Shown here: one piece after another, positions 42,955-58,248 of the stretch
Position numbering within the stretch: position 1 is the first letter of the stretch
Layout: every line of letters begins with the position of its first letter
Origin: Auanema rhodensis
Taxonomy: Eukaryota > Animalia > Nematoda
Assembly (NCBI GenBank): GCA_964057225.1
Contig: OZ059899.1
Span: forward strand, 4,340,001 to 4,404,000
Length of the DNA stretch: 64,000 nt
Direction of reading: 5' to 3'
Notes under the pieces: generated by a model
Told to the model about the DNA's origin: nothing
The model's input: only the letters and a program-made list of their open reading frames with translations
Database searches by the model: none
Position numbers and translations under genes: made by a program

Positions 42955-45900
42955 AAAATATATAAAAGTAAAGAACTTGAAGAATAAAACCAAAACTACT
43001 GTTGGAGATATGGGGAATCGAACCCCAGACTTCTTGCATGCAAAGCGAGCGCTCTACCCCTGAGCTATATCCCCACATTCGACAAAGTTAATGACTGTGA
43101 GTTTGTTCAAACTTGAAGAACCTCTTGATCAGAAATTTTAGTTGTGAATATTAATTTTCTAATCTAATTTTTCTTTCAATCATTTTGTAAATCTCCTGAA
43201 AAAAAATATATAAAAGTAAAGAACTTGAAGAATAAAACCAAAACTACTGTTGGAGATATGGGGAATCGAACCCCAGATTTCTCGCATGCAAAGCGAGCGC
43301 TCTACCCCTGAGCTATATCCCCACATTCGACAGAATATATGACTGTGAGTTTGTTCAAACTTGAAGAACCTCTTTATCAAAAATTTTAGTTTTGAATATT
43401 AATCTCCTAATCTAATTTTTGTTTTAATCATTTTGTAAATCTCCTGAAAAAAAATATAGAAAAGTAAAGAACTTGAAGAATAAAACCAAAAACTACTGTT
43501 GGAGATATGGGGAATCGAACCCCAGATTTCTCGCATGCAAAGCGAGCGCTCTACCCCTGAGCTATATCCCCACATTCGACAGAATATATGACTGTGAGTT
43601 TGTTCAAACTTGAAGAACCTCTTTATCAAAAATTTTAGTTTTGAATATTAATCTCCTAATCTAATTTTTGTTTTAATCATTTTGTAAATCTCCTGAAAAA
43701 AAATATAGAAAAGTAAAGAACTTGAAGAATAAAACCAAAAACTACTGTTGGAGATATGGGGAATCGAACCCCAGATTTCTCGCATGCAAAGCGAGCGCTC
43801 TACCCCTGAGCTATATCCCCACATTCGACAGAATATATGACTGTGAGTTTGTTCAAACTTGAAGAACCTCTTTATCAAAAATTTTAGTTTTGAATATTAA
43901 TCTCCTAATCTAATTTTTGTTTTAATCATTTTGTAAATCTCCTGAAAAAAAATATAGAAAAGTAAAGAACTTGAAGAATAAAACCAAAAACTACTGTTGG
44001 AGATATGGGGAATCGAACCCCAGATTTCTCGCATGCAAAGCGAGCGCTCTACCCCTGAGCTATATCCCCACATTCGACAGAATATATGACTGTGAGTTTG
44101 TTCAAACTTGAAGAACCTCTTTATCAAAAATTTTAGTTTTGAATATTAATCTCCTAATCTAATTTTTGTTTCAATCATTTTGTTAATCTCCTGAAAAAAA
44201 ATATAGAAAAGTTAAGAACTCGAAGAATAAAACCAAAACTACTGTTGGAGATATGGGGAATCGAACCCCAGACTTCTCGCATGCAAAGCGAGCGCTCTAC
44301 CCCTGAGCTATATCCCCACATTCGACAGAATATATGACTGTGAGTTTGTTCAAACTTGAAGAACCTCTTGAGCAAAAATTTTGGTTGTGAATATTAATTT
44401 CATAATCTAATTTTTCTTTCAATCATTTTGTTAATCTCCTGAAAAAAAATATAGGAAAGTTAAGAACTCGAAGAATAAAACCAAAACTACTGTTGGAGAT
44501 ATGGGGAATCGAACCCCAGACTTCTCGCATGCAAAGCGAGCGCTCTACCCCTGAGCTATATCCCCACATTCGACAGAATATATGACTGTGAGTTTGTTCA
44601 AACTTGAAGAACCTCTTGAGCAAAAATTTTGGTTGTGAATATTAATTTCATAATCTAATTTTTCTTTCAATCATTTTGTAAATCTCCTGAAAAAAAATAT
44701 ATAAAAGTAAAGAACTTGAAGAATAAAACCAAAACTACTGTTGGAGATATGGGGAATCGAACCCCAGACTTCTTGCATGCAAAGCGAGCGCTCTACCCCT
44801 GAGCTATATCCCCACATTCGACAAAGTTAATGACTGTGAGTTTGTTCAAACTTGAAGAACCTCTTGATCAGAAATTTTAGTTGTGAATATTAATTTCCTA
44901 ATCTAATTTTTCTTTCAATCATTTTGTAAATCTCCTGAAAAAAAATATATAAAAGTAAAGAACTTGAAGAATAAAACCAACACTACTGTTGGAGATATGG
45001 GGAATCGAACCCCAGACTTCTCGCATGCAAAGCGAGCGCTCTACCCCTGAGCTATATCCCCACATTCGACAGAATATATGACTGTGAGTTTGTTCAAACT
45101 TGAAGAACCTCTTGATCAAAAATTTTGGTTGTGAATATTAATTTCATAATCTAATTTTTCTTTCAATCATTTTGTAAATCTCCTGAAAAAAAATATATAA
45201 AAGTAAAGAACTTGAAGAATAAAACCAAAACTACTGTTGGAGATATGGGGAATCGAACCCCAGACTTCTTGCATGCAAAGCGAGCGCTCTACCCCTGAGC
45301 TATATCCCCAAATTCGACAGAATATATGACTGTGAGTTTGTTCAAACTTGAAGAACCTCTTGATCAGAAATTTTAGTTGTGAATATTAATTTCCTAATCT
45401 AATTTTTCTTTCAATCATTTTGTAAATCTCCTGAAAAAAAATATATAAAAGTAAAGAACTTGAAGAATAAAACCAAAACTACTGTTGGAGATATGGGGAA
45501 TCGAACCCCAGATTTCTCGCATGCAAAGCGAGCGCTCTACCCCTGAGCTATATCCCCACATTCGACAGAATATATGACTGTGAGTTTGTTCAAACTTAAA
45601 GAACCTCTTTATCAAAAATTTTAGTTGTGAATATTAATCTCCTAATCTAATTTTTGTTTTAATCATTTTGTAAATCTCCTGAAAAAAAATATATAAAAGT
45701 AAAGAACTTGAAGAATAAAACCAAAACTACTGTTGGAGATATGGGGAATCGAACCCCAGACTTCTCGCATGCAAAGCGAGCGCTCTACCCCTGAGCTATA
45801 TCCCCACATTCGACAGAATATATGACTGTGAGTTTGTTCAAACTTGAAGAACCTCTTGATCAAAAATTTTAGTTGTGAATATTAATTTCCTAATCTAATT

Positions 45901-48900
45901 GTTCTTTCAATCATTTTGTAAATCTCCTGAAAAAAAATATAGAAAAGTAAAGAACTTGAAGAATAAAACCAAAACTACTGTTGGAGATGTGAGGAATCGA
46001 ACCCCAGACTTCTCGCATGCAAAGCGAGCGCTCGACTCCTGAGCTATATCCCCACATTTGACAGAATATATGACTGTGAGTTTGTTCAAACTTGAAGAAG
46101 CTCTTGATCAAAAATTTTAGTTGTGAATATTAATCTCCTAATCTAATTTTTGTTTCAATCATTTTGTAAATCTCTTGAAAAAAAATATAGAAAAGTTAAG
46201 AACTCGAAGAATAAAACCAAAACTACTGTTGGAGATATGGGGAATCGAACCCCAGACTTCTCGCATGCAAAGCGAGCGCTCTACCCCTGAGCTATATCCC
46301 CACATTCGACAGAATATATGACTGTTAGTTTGTTCAAACTTGAAGAACCTCTTGATCAAAAATTTTAGTTGTGAATATTAATTTCCTAATCTAATTTTTC
46401 TTTCAATCATTTTGTAAATCTCCTGAAAAAAAATATATAAAAGTAAAGAACTTGAAGAATAAAACCAAAACTACTGTTGGAGATATGGGGAATCGAACCC
46501 CATACTTCTTGCATGCAAAGCGAGCGCTCTACCCCTGAGCTATATCCGCACATTCGACAGAGTTAATGACTGTGAGTTTCTTCAAACTTGAAGAAGCTCT
46601 TGATCAAAAATTTTAGTTGTGAATATTAATCTCCTAATCTAATTTTTGTTTCAATCATTTTGTGAATCTCCTGAAAAAAAATATAGAAACGATAAGAACT
46701 CGAAGAATAAAACCAAAACTACTGTTGGAGATATGGGGAATCGAACCCCAGACTTCTCGCATGCAAAGCGAGCGCTCTACCCCTGAGCTATATCCCCACA
46801 TTTGACAGAATATATGACTGTGAGTTTTTTCAAACTTGAAGAAGCTCTTGATCAAAAATTTTAGTTGTAAATATTAATCTCCTAATCTAATTTTTGTTTC
46901 AATCATTTTGTAAATCTCTTGAAAAAAAATATAGAAAAGTTAAGAACTCGAAGAATAAAACCAAAACTACTGTTGGAGATATGGGGAATCGAACCCCAGA
47001 CTTCTCGCATGCAAAGCGAGCGCTCTACCCCTGAGCTATATCCCCACATTCGACAAAATATATGACTGTGAGTTTGTTCAAACTTGAAGAACCTCTTGAT
47101 CAAAAATTTTAGTTGTGAATATTAATTTCCTAATCTAATTTTTCTTTCAATCATTTTGTAAAATTCCTGAAAAAAAATATATAAAAGTAAAGAACTTGAA
47201 GAATAAAACCAAAACTACTGTTGGAGATATGGGGAATCGAACCCCAGACTTCTCGCATGCAAAGCGAGCGCTCTACCCCTGAGCTATATCCCCAAATTCG
47301 ACAGAATATATGACTGTGAGTTTGTTCGAACTTGAAGAACCTCTTGATCAAAAATTTTAGTTGTGAATATTAATCTCCTAATCTAATTTTTGTTTCAATC
47401 ATTTTGTAAATCTCTTGAAAAAAATATAGAAAAGTAAAGAACTTGAAGAATAAAACCAAAACTACTGTTGGAGATATGGGGAATCGAACCCCAGACTTCT
47501 CGCATGCAAAGCGAGCGCTCTACCCCTGAGCTATATCCCCACATCCGACAGAGTTAATGACTGTGAGTTTGTTCAAACTTGAAGAACCTCTTGATCAAAA
47601 ATTTTAGTTGTAAATATTAATTTTCTAATCTAATTTTTCTTTCAATCATTTTCTAAATTTTCTGAAAAAAAATATATAAAAGTAAAGAACTTGAAGAATA
47701 AAACCAAAACTACTGTTGGAGATATGGGGAATCGAACCCCAGACTTCTCGCATGCAAAGCGAGCGCTCTACCCCTGAGCTATATCCCCACATTCGACAGA
47801 ATATATGACTGTGAGTTTGTTCAAACTTGAAGAACCTCTTGATCAAAAATTTTAGTTGTGAATATTAATTTCCTAATCTAATTGTTCTTTCAATCATTTT
47901 GTAAATCTCCTGAAAAAAAATATAGAAAAGTAAAGAACTTGAAGAATAAAACCAAAACTACTGTTGGAGATGTGAGGAATCGAACCCCAGACTTCTCGCA
48001 TGCAAAGCGAGCGCTCGACTCCTGAGCTATATCCCCACATTTGACAGAATATATGACTGTGAGTTTTTTCAAACTTGAAGAAGCTCTTGATCAAAAATTT
48101 TAGTTGTGAATATTAATCTCCTAATCTAATTTTTGTTTCAATCATTTTGTTAATCTCCTGAAAAAAAATATAGAAAAGTAAAGAACTTGAAGAATAAAAC
48201 CAAAACTACTGTTGGAGATATGGGGAATCGAACCCCAGACTTCTCGCATGCAAAGCGAGCGCTCTACCCCTGAGCTATATCCCCACATTCGACAGAATAT
48301 ATGACTGTGAGTTTGTTCAAACTTGAAGAACCTCTTGATCAAAAATTTTGGTTGTGAATATTAATTTCCTAATCTAATTTTTCTTACAATCATTTTGTAA
48401 ATCTCCTGAAAAAAAATATAGAAAAGTGAAGAACTTGAAGAATAAAACCAAAACTACTATTGGAGATATGAGGAATCGAACCCCAGACTTCTCGCATGCA
48501 AAGCGAGCGCTCGACCCCTGAGCTATATCCCCACATTTGACAGAATATATGACTGTGAGTTTTTTCAAACTTGAAGAACCTCTTTATCAAAAATTTTAGT
48601 TTTGAATATTAATCTCCTAATCTAATTTTTGTTTTAATCATTTTGTAAATCTCTTGAAAAAAAATATAGAAAAGTTAAGAACTCGAAGAATAAAACCAAA
48701 ACTACTGTTGGAGATATGGGGAATCGAACCCCAGACTTCTCGCATGCAAAGCGAGCGCTCTACCCCTGAGCTATATCCCCACATTCGACAAAATATATGA
48801 CTGTGAGTTTGTTCAAACTTGAAGAACCTCTTGATCAAAAATTTTAGTTGTGAATATTAATTTCCTAATCTAATTTTTCTTTCAATCATTTTGTAAAATT

Positions 48901-51900
48901 CCTGAAAAAAAATATATAAAAGTAAAGAACTTGAAGAATAAAACCAAAACTACTGTTGGAGATATGGGGAATCGAACCCCAGACTTCTCGCATGCAAAGC
49001 GAGCGCTCTACCCCTGAGCTATATCCCCACATTCGACAGAATATATGACTGTGAGTTTGTTCAAACTTGAAGAACCTCTTGATCAAAAATTTTAGTTGTG
49101 AATATTAATCTCCTAATCTAATTTTTGTTTCAATCATTTTGTAAATCTCTTGAAAAAAATATAGAAAAGTAAAGAACTTGAAGAATAAAACCAAAACTAC
49201 TGTTGGAGATATGGGGAATCGAACCCCAGACTTCTCGCATGCAAAGCGAGCGCTCTACCCCTGAGCTATATCCCCACATCCGACAGAGTTAATGACTGTG
49301 AGTTTGTTCAAACTTGAAGAACCTCTTGATCAAAAATTTTAGTTGTAAATATTAATTTTCTAATCTAATTTTTCTTTCAATCATTTTCTAAATTTTCTGA
49401 AAAAAAATATATAAAAGTAAAGAACTTGAAGAATAAAACCAAAACTACTGTTGGAGATATGGGGAATCGAACCCCAGACTTCTCGCATGCAAAGCGAGCG
49501 CTCTACCCCTGAGCTATATCCCCACATTCGACAGAATATATGACTGTGAGTTTGTTCAAACTTGAAGAACCTCTTGATCAAAAATTTTGGTTGTGAATAT
49601 TAATTTCCTAATCTAATTTTTCTTACAATCATTTTGTAAATCTCCTGAAAAAAAATATAGAAAAGTAAAGAACTTGAAGAATAAAACCAAAACTACTGTT
49701 GGAGATATGAGGAATCGAACCCCAGACTTCTCGCATGCAAAGCGAGCGCTCGACCCCTGAGCTATATCCCCACATTTGACAGAATATATGACTGTGAGTT
49801 TTTTCAAACTTGAATAATCTAATTTTTGTTTCAATCATTTTGTTAATCTCCTGAAAAAAACTATAGAAAAGTAAAGAACTTGAAGAATAAAACCAAAACT
49901 ACTGTTGGAGATATGGGGAATCGAACCCCAGACTTCTCGCATGCAAAGCGAGCGCTCTACCCCTGAGCTATATCCATACATCCGACAGAGTTAATGACTG
50001 TGAGTTTGTTCAAACTTGAAGAACCTCTTGATCAAAAATTTTGGTTGTGAATATTAATTTCATAATCTAATTTTTCTTTCAATCATTTTGTAAATCTCCT
50101 GAAAAAAAATATATAAAAGTAAAGAACTTGAAGAATAAAACCAAAACTACTGTTGGAGATATGGGGAATCGAACCCCAGACTTCTCGCATGCAAAGCGAG
50201 CGCTCTACCCCTGAGCTATATCCCCACATTCGACAGAATATATGACTGTGAGTTTGTTCAAACTTGAAGAACCTCTTGATCAAAAATTTTGGTTGTGAAT
50301 ATTAATTTCCTAATCTAATTTTTCTTACAATCATTTTGTAAATCTCCTGAAAAAAAATATAGAAAAGTGAAGAACTTGAAGAATAAAACCAAAACTACTG
50401 TTGGAGATATGAGGAATCGAACCCCAGACTTCTCGCATGCAAAGCGAGCGCTCGACCCCTGAGCTATATCCCCACATTTGACAGAATATATGACTGTGAG
50501 TTTTTTCAAACTTGAAGAACCTCTTTATCAAAAATTTTAGTTTTGAATATTAATCTCCTAATCTAATTTTTGTTTTAATCATTTTGTAAATCTCTTGAAA
50601 AAAAATATATAAAAGTAAAGAACTTGAAGAATAAAACCAAAACTACTGTTGGAGATATGGGGAATCGAACCCCAGACTTCTTGCATGCAAAGCGAGCGCT
50701 CTACCCCTGAGCTATATCCCCACATTCGACAAAGTTAATGACTGTGAGTTTGTTCAAACTTGAAGAACCTCTTGATCAGAAATTTTAGTTGTGAATATTA
50801 ATTTTCTAATCTAATTTTTCTTTCAATCATTTTGTAAATCTCCTGAAAAAAAATATATAAAAGTAAAGAACTTGAAGAATAAAACCAAAACTACTGTTGG
50901 AGATATGGGGAATCGAACCCCAGATTTCTCGCATGCAAAGCGAGCGCTCTACCCCTGAGCTATATCCCCACATTCGACAGAATATATGACTGTGAGTTTG
51001 TTCAAACTTGAAGAACCTCTTTATCAAAAATTTTAGTTTTGAATATTAATCTCCTAATCTAATTTTTGTTTTAATCATTTTGTAAATCTCCTGAAAAAAA
51101 ATATAGAAAAGTAAAGAACTTGAAGAATAAAACCAAAAACTACTGTTGGAGATATGGGGAATCGAACCCCAGATTTCTCGCATGCAAAGCGAGCGCTCTA
51201 CCCCTGAGCTATATCCCCACATTCGACAGAATATATGACTGTGAGTTTGTTCAAACTTGAAGAACCTCTTTATCAAAAATTTTAGTTTTGAATATTAATC
51301 TCCTAATCTAATTTTTGTTTTAATCATTTTGTAAATCTCCTGAAAAAAAATATAGAAAAGTAAAGAACTTGAAGAATAAAACCAAAAACTACTGTTGGAG
51401 ATATGGGGAATCGAACCCCAGATTTCTCGCATGCAAAGCGAGCGCTCTACCCCTGAGCTATATCCCCACATTCGACAGAATATATGACTGTGAGTTTGTT
51501 CAAACTTGAAGAACCTCTTTATCAAAAATTTTAGTTTTGAATATTAATCTCCTAATCTAATTTTTGTTTTAATCATTTTGTAAATCTCCTGAAAAAAAAT
51601 ATAGAAAAGTAAAGAACTTGAAGAATAAAACCAAAAACTACTGTTGGAGATATGGGGAATCGAACCCCAGATTTCTCGCATGCAAAGCGAGCGCTCTACC
51701 CCTGAGCTATATCCCCACATTCGACAGAATATATGACTGTGAGTTTGTTCAAACTTGAAGAACCTCTTTATCAAAAATTTTAGTTTTGAATATTAATCTC
51801 CTAATCTAATTTTTGTTTCAATCATTTTGTTAATCTCCTGAAAAAAAATATAGAAAAGTTAAGAACTCGAAGAATAAAACCAAAACTACTGTTGGAGATA

Positions 51901-54900
51901 TGGGGAATCGAACCCCAGACTTCTCGCATGCAAAGCGAGCGCTCTACCCCTGAGCTATATCCCCACATTCGACAGAATATATGACTGTGAGTTTGTTCAA
52001 ACTTGAAGAACCTCTTGAGCAAAAATTTTGGTTGTGAATATTAATTTCATAATCTAATTTTTCTTTCAATCATTTTGTTAATCTCCTGAAAAAAAATATA
52101 GGAAAGTTAAGAACTCGAAGAATAAAACCAAAACTACTGTTGGAGATATGGGGAATCGAACCCCAGACTTCTCGCATGCAAAGCGAGCGCTCTACCCCTG
52201 AGCTATATCCCCACATTCGACAGAATATATGACTGTGAGTTTGTTCAAACTTGAAGAACCTCTTGAGCAAAAATTTTGGTTGTGAATATTAATTTCATAA
52301 TCTAATTTTTCTTTCAATCATTTTGTAAATCTCCTGAAAAAAAATATATAAAAGTAAAGAACTTGAAGAATAAAACCAAAACTACTGTTGGAGATATGGG
52401 GAATCGAACCCCAGACTTCTTGCATGCAAAGCGAGCGCTCTACCCCTGAGCTATATCCCCACATTCGACAAAGTTAATGACTGTGAGTTTGTTCAAACTT
52501 GAAGAACCTCTTGATCAGAAATTTTAGTTGTGAATATTAATTTCCTAATCTAATTTTTCTTTCAATCATTTTGTAAATCTCCTGAAAAAAAATATATAAA
52601 AGTAAAGAACTTGAAGAATAAAACCAACACTACTGTTGGAGATATGGGGAATCGAACCCCAGACTTCTCGCATGCAAAGCGAGCGCTCTACCCCTGAGCT
52701 ATATCCCCACATTCGACAGAATATATGACTGTGAGTTTGTTCAAACTTGAAGAACCTCTTGATCAAAAATTTTGGTTGTGAATATTAATTTCATAATCTA
52801 ATTTTTCTTTCAATCATTTTGTAAATCTCCTGAAAAAAAATATATAAAAGTAAAGAACTTGAAGAATAAAACCAAAACTACTGTTGGAGATATGGGGAAT
52901 CGAACCCCAGACTTCTTGCATGCAAAGCGAGCGCTCTACCCCTGAGCTATATCCCCAAATTCGACAGAATATATGACTGTGAGTTTGTTCAAACTTGAAG
53001 AACCTCTTGATCAGAAATTTTAGTTGTGAATATTAATTTCCTAATCTAATTTTTCTTTCAATCATTTTGTAAATCTCCTGAAAAAAAATATATAAAAGTA
53101 AAGAACTTGAAGAATAAAACCAAAACTACTGTTGGAGATATGGGGAATCGAACCCCAGATTTCTCGCATGCAAAGCGAGCGCTCTACCCCTGAGCTATAT
53201 CCCCACATTCGACAGAATATATGACTGTGAGTTTGTTCAAACTTAAAGAACCTCTTTATCAAAAATTTTAGTTGTGAATATTAATCTCCTAATCTAATTT
53301 TTGTTTTAATCATTTTGTAAATCTCCTGAAAAAAAATATATAAAAGTAAAGAACTTGAAGAATAAAACCAAAACTACTGTTGGAGATATGGGGAATCGAA
53401 CCCCAGACTTCTCGCATGCAAAGCGAGCGCTCTACCCCTGAGCTATATCCCCACATTCGACAGAATATATGACTGTGAGTTTGTTCAAACTTGAAGAACC
53501 TCTTGATCAAAAATTTTAGTTGTGAATATTAATTTCCTAATCTAATTGTTCTTTCAATCATTTTGTAAATCTCCTGAAAAAAAATATAGAAAAGTAAAGA
53601 ACTTGAAGAATAAAACCAAAACTACTGTTGGAGATGTGAGGAATCGAACCCCAGACTTCTCGCATGCAAAGCGAGCGCTCGACTCCTGAGCTATATCCCC
53701 ACATTTGACAGAATATATGACTGTGAGTTTGTTCAAACTTGAAGAAGCTCTTGATCAAAAATTTTAGTTGTGAATATTAATCTCCTAATCTAATTTTTGT
53801 TTCAATCATTTTGTAAATCTCTTGAAAAAAAATATAGAAAAGTTAAGAACTCGAAGAATAAAACCAAAACTACTGTTGGAGATATGGGGAATCGAACCCC
53901 AGACTTCTCGCATGCAAAGCGAGCGCTCTACCCCTGAGCTATATCCCCACATTCGACAGAATATATGACTGTTAGTTTGTTCAAACTTGAAGAACCTCTT
54001 GATCAAAAATTTTAGTTGTGAATATTAATTTCCTAATCTAATTTTTCTTTCAATCATTTTGTAAATCTCCTGAAAAAAAATATATAAAAGTAAAGAACTT
54101 GAAGAATAAAACCAAAACTACTGTTGGAGATATGGGGAATCGAACCCCATACTTCTTGCATGCAAAGCGAGCGCTCTACCCCTGAGCTATATCCGCACAT
54201 TCGACAGAGTTAATGACTGTGAGTTTCTTCAAACTTGAAGAAGCTCTTGATCAAAAATTTTAGTTGTGAATATTAATCTCCTAATCTAATTTTTGTTTCA
54301 ATCATTTTGTGAATCTCCTGAAAAAAAATATAGAAACGATAAGAACTCGAAGAATAAAACCAAAACTACTGTTGGAGATATGGGGAATCGAACCCCAGAC
54401 TTCTCGCATGCAAAGCGAGCGCTCTACCCCTGAGCTATATCCCCACATTTGACAGAATATATGACTGTGAGTTTTTTCAAACTTGAAGAAGCTCTTGATC
54501 AAAAATTTTAGTTGTAAATATTAATCTCCTAATCTAATTTTTGTTTCAATCATTTTGTAAATCTCTTGAAAAAAAATATAGAAAAGTTAAGAACTCGAAG
54601 AATAAAACCAAAACTACTGTTGGAGATATGGGGAATCGAACCCCAGACTTCTCGCATGCAAAGCGAGCGCTCTACCCCTGAGCTATATCCCCACATTCGA
54701 CAAAATATATGACTGTGAGTTTGTTCAAACTTGAAGAACCTCTTGATCAAAAATTTTAGTTGTGAATATTAATTTCCTAATCTAATTTTTCTTTCAATCA
54801 TTTTGTAAAATTCCTGAAAAAAAATATATAAAAGTAAAGAACTTGAAGAATAAAACCAAAACTACTGTTGGAGATATGGGGAATCGAACCCCAGACTTCT

Positions 54901-57900
54901 CGCATGCAAAGCGAGCGCTCTACCCCTGAGCTATATCCCCAAATTCGACAGAATATATGACTGTGAGTTTGTTCGAACTTGAAGAACCTCTTGATCAAAA
55001 ATTTTAGTTGTGAATATTAATCTCCTAATCTAATTTTTGTTTCAATCATTTTGTAAATCTCTTGAAAAAAATATAGAAAAGTAAAGAACTTGAAGAATAA
55101 AACCAAAACTACTGTTGGAGATATGGGGAATCGAACCCCAGACTTCTCGCATGCAAAGCGAGCGCTCTACCCCTGAGCTATATCCCCACATCCGACAGAG
55201 TTAATGACTGTGAGTTTGTTCAAACTTGAAGAACCTCTTGATCAAAAATTTTAGTTGTAAATATTAATTTTCTAATCTAATTTTTCTTTCAATCATTTTC
55301 TAAATTTTCTGAAAAAAAATATATAAAAGTAAAGAACTTGAAGAATAAAACCAAAACTACTGTTGGAGATATGGGGAATCGAACCCCAGACTTCTCGCAT
55401 GCAAAGCGAGCGCTCTACCCCTGAGCTATATCCCCACATTCGACAGAATATATGACTGTGAGTTTGTTCAAACTTGAAGAACCTCTTGATCAAAAATTTT
55501 AGTTGTGAATATTAATTTCCTAATCTAATTGTTCTTTCAATCATTTTGTAAATCTCCTGAAAAAAAATATAGAAAAGTAAAGAACTTGAAGAATAAAACC
55601 AAAACTACTGTTGGAGATGTGAGGAATCGAACCCCAGACTTCTCGCATGCAAAGCGAGCGCTCGACTCCTGAGCTATATCCCCACATTTGACAGAATATA
55701 TGACTGTGAGTTTTTTCAAACTTGAAGAAGCTCTTGATCAAAAATTTTAGTTGTGAATATTAATCTCCTAATCTAATTTTTGTTTCAATCATTTTGTTAA
55801 TCTCCTGAAAAAAAATATAGAAAAGTAAAGAACTTGAAGAATAAAACCAAAACTACTGTTGGAGATATGGGGAATCGAACCCCAGACTTCTCGCATGCAA
55901 AGCGAGCGCTCTACCCCTGAGCTATATCCCCACATTCGACAGAATATATGACTGTGAGTTTGTTCAAACTTGAAGAACCTCTTGATCAAAAATTTTGGTT
56001 GTGAATATTAATTTCCTAATCTAATTTTTCTTACAATCATTTTGTAAATCTCCTGAAAAAAAATATAGAAAAGTGAAGAACTTGAAGAATAAAACCAAAA
56101 CTACTATTGGAGATATGAGGAATCGAACCCCAGACTTCTCGCATGCAAAGCGAGCGCTCGACCCCTGAGCTATATCCCCACATTTGACAGAATATATGAC
56201 TGTGAGTTTTTTCAAACTTGAAGAACCTCTTTATCAAAAATTTTAGTTTTGAATATTAATCTCCTAATCTAATTTTTGTTTTAATCATTTTGTAAATCTC
56301 TTGAAAAAAAATATAGAAAAGTTAAGAACTCGAAGAATAAAACCAAAACTACTGTTGGAGATATGGGGAATCGAACCCCAGACTTCTCGCATGCAAAGCG
56401 AGCGCTCTACCCCTGAGCTATATCCCCACATTCGACAAAATATATGACTGTGAGTTTGTTCAAACTTGAAGAACCTCTTGATCAAAAATTTTAGTTGTGA
56501 ATATTAATTTCCTAATCTAATTTTTCTTTCAATCATTTTGTAAAATTCCTGAAAAAAAATATATAAAAGTAAAGAACTTGAAGAATAAAACCAAAACTAC
56601 TGTTGGAGATATGGGGAATCGAACCCCAGACTTCTCGCATGCAAAGCGAGCGCTCTACCCCTGAGCTATATCCCCACATTCGACAGAATATATGACTGTG
56701 AGTTTGTTCAAACTTGAAGAACCTCTTGATCAAAAATTTTAGTTGTGAATATTAATCTCCTAATCTAATTTTTGTTTCAATCATTTTGTAAATCTCTTGA
56801 AAAAAATATAGAAAAGTAAAGAACTTGAAGAATAAAACCAAAACTACTGTTGGAGATATGGGGAATCGAACCCCAGACTTCTCGCATGCAAAGCGAGCGC
56901 TCTACCCCTGAGCTATATCCCCACATCCGACAGAGTTAATGACTGTGAGTTTGTTCAAACTTGAAGAACCTCTTGATCAAAAATTTTAGTTGTAAATATT
57001 AATTTTCTAATCTAATTTTTCTTTCAATCATTTTCTAAATTTTCTGAAAAAAAATATATAAAAGTAAAGAACTTGAAGAATAAAACCAAAACTACTGTTG
57101 GAGATATGGGGAATCGAACCCCAGACTTCTCGCATGCAAAGCGAGCGCTCTACCCCTGAGCTATATCCCCACATTCGACAGAATATATGACTGTGAGTTT
57201 GTTCAAACTTGAAGAACCTCTTGATCAAAAATTTTGGTTGTGAATATTAATTTCCTAATCTAATTTTTCTTACAATCATTTTGTAAATCTCCTGAAAAAA
57301 AATATAGAAAAGTAAAGAACTTGAAGAATAAAACCAAAACTACTGTTGGAGATATGAGGAATCGAACCCCAGACTTCTCGCATGCAAAGCGAGCGCTCGA
57401 CCCCTGAGCTATATCCCCACATTTGACAGAATATATGACTGTGAGTTTTTTCAAACTTGAATAATCTAATTTTTGTTTCAATCATTTTGTTAATCTCCTG
57501 AAAAAAACTATAGAAAAGTAAAGAACTTGAAGAATAAAACCAAAACTACTGTTGGAGATATGGGGAATCGAACCCCAGACTTCTCGCATGCAAAGCGAGC
57601 GCTCTACCCCTGAGCTATATCCATACATCCGACAGAGTTAATGACTGTGAGTTTGTTCAAACTTGAAGAACCTCTTGATCAAAAATTTTGGTTGTGAATA
57701 TTAATTTCATAATCTAATTTTTCTTTCAATCATTTTGTAAATCTCCTGAAAAAAAATATATAAAAGTAAAGAACTTGAAGAATAAAACCAAAACTACTGT
57801 TGGAGATATGGGGAATCGAACCCCAGACTTCTCGCATGCAAAGCGAGCGCTCTACCCCTGAGCTATATCCCCACATTCGACAGAATATATGACTGTGAGT

Positions 57901-58248
57901 TTGTTCAAACTTGAAGAACCTCTTGATCAAAAATTTTGGTTGTGAATATTAATTTCCTAATCTAATTTTTCTTACAATCATTTTGTAAATCTCCTGAAAA
58001 AAAATATAGAAAAGTGAAGAACTTGAAGAATAAAACCAAAACTACTGTTGGAGATATGAGGAATCGAACCCCAGACTTCTCGCATGCAAAGCGAGCGCTC
58101 GACCCCTGAGCTATATCCCCACATTTGACAGAATATATGACTGTGAGTTTTTTCAAACTTGAAGAACCTCTTTATCAAAAATTTTAGTTTTGAATATTAA
58201 TCTCCTAATCTAATTTTTGTTTTAATCATTTTGTAAATCTCTTGAAAA
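42955..58248. repeat. Higher-order tandem duplication: two copies of a 7,647-bp (31-unit) block
   Basis: Rare unit variants recur at an exact 7,647 offset (three 249-bp units, ggaaagt, aacactac, gtgaggaatc, 42-bp deletion at 49814/57461); ORF track pairs 43180/50827, 49629/57276, 50331/57978. Boundaries approximate. Confidence 0.9.
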
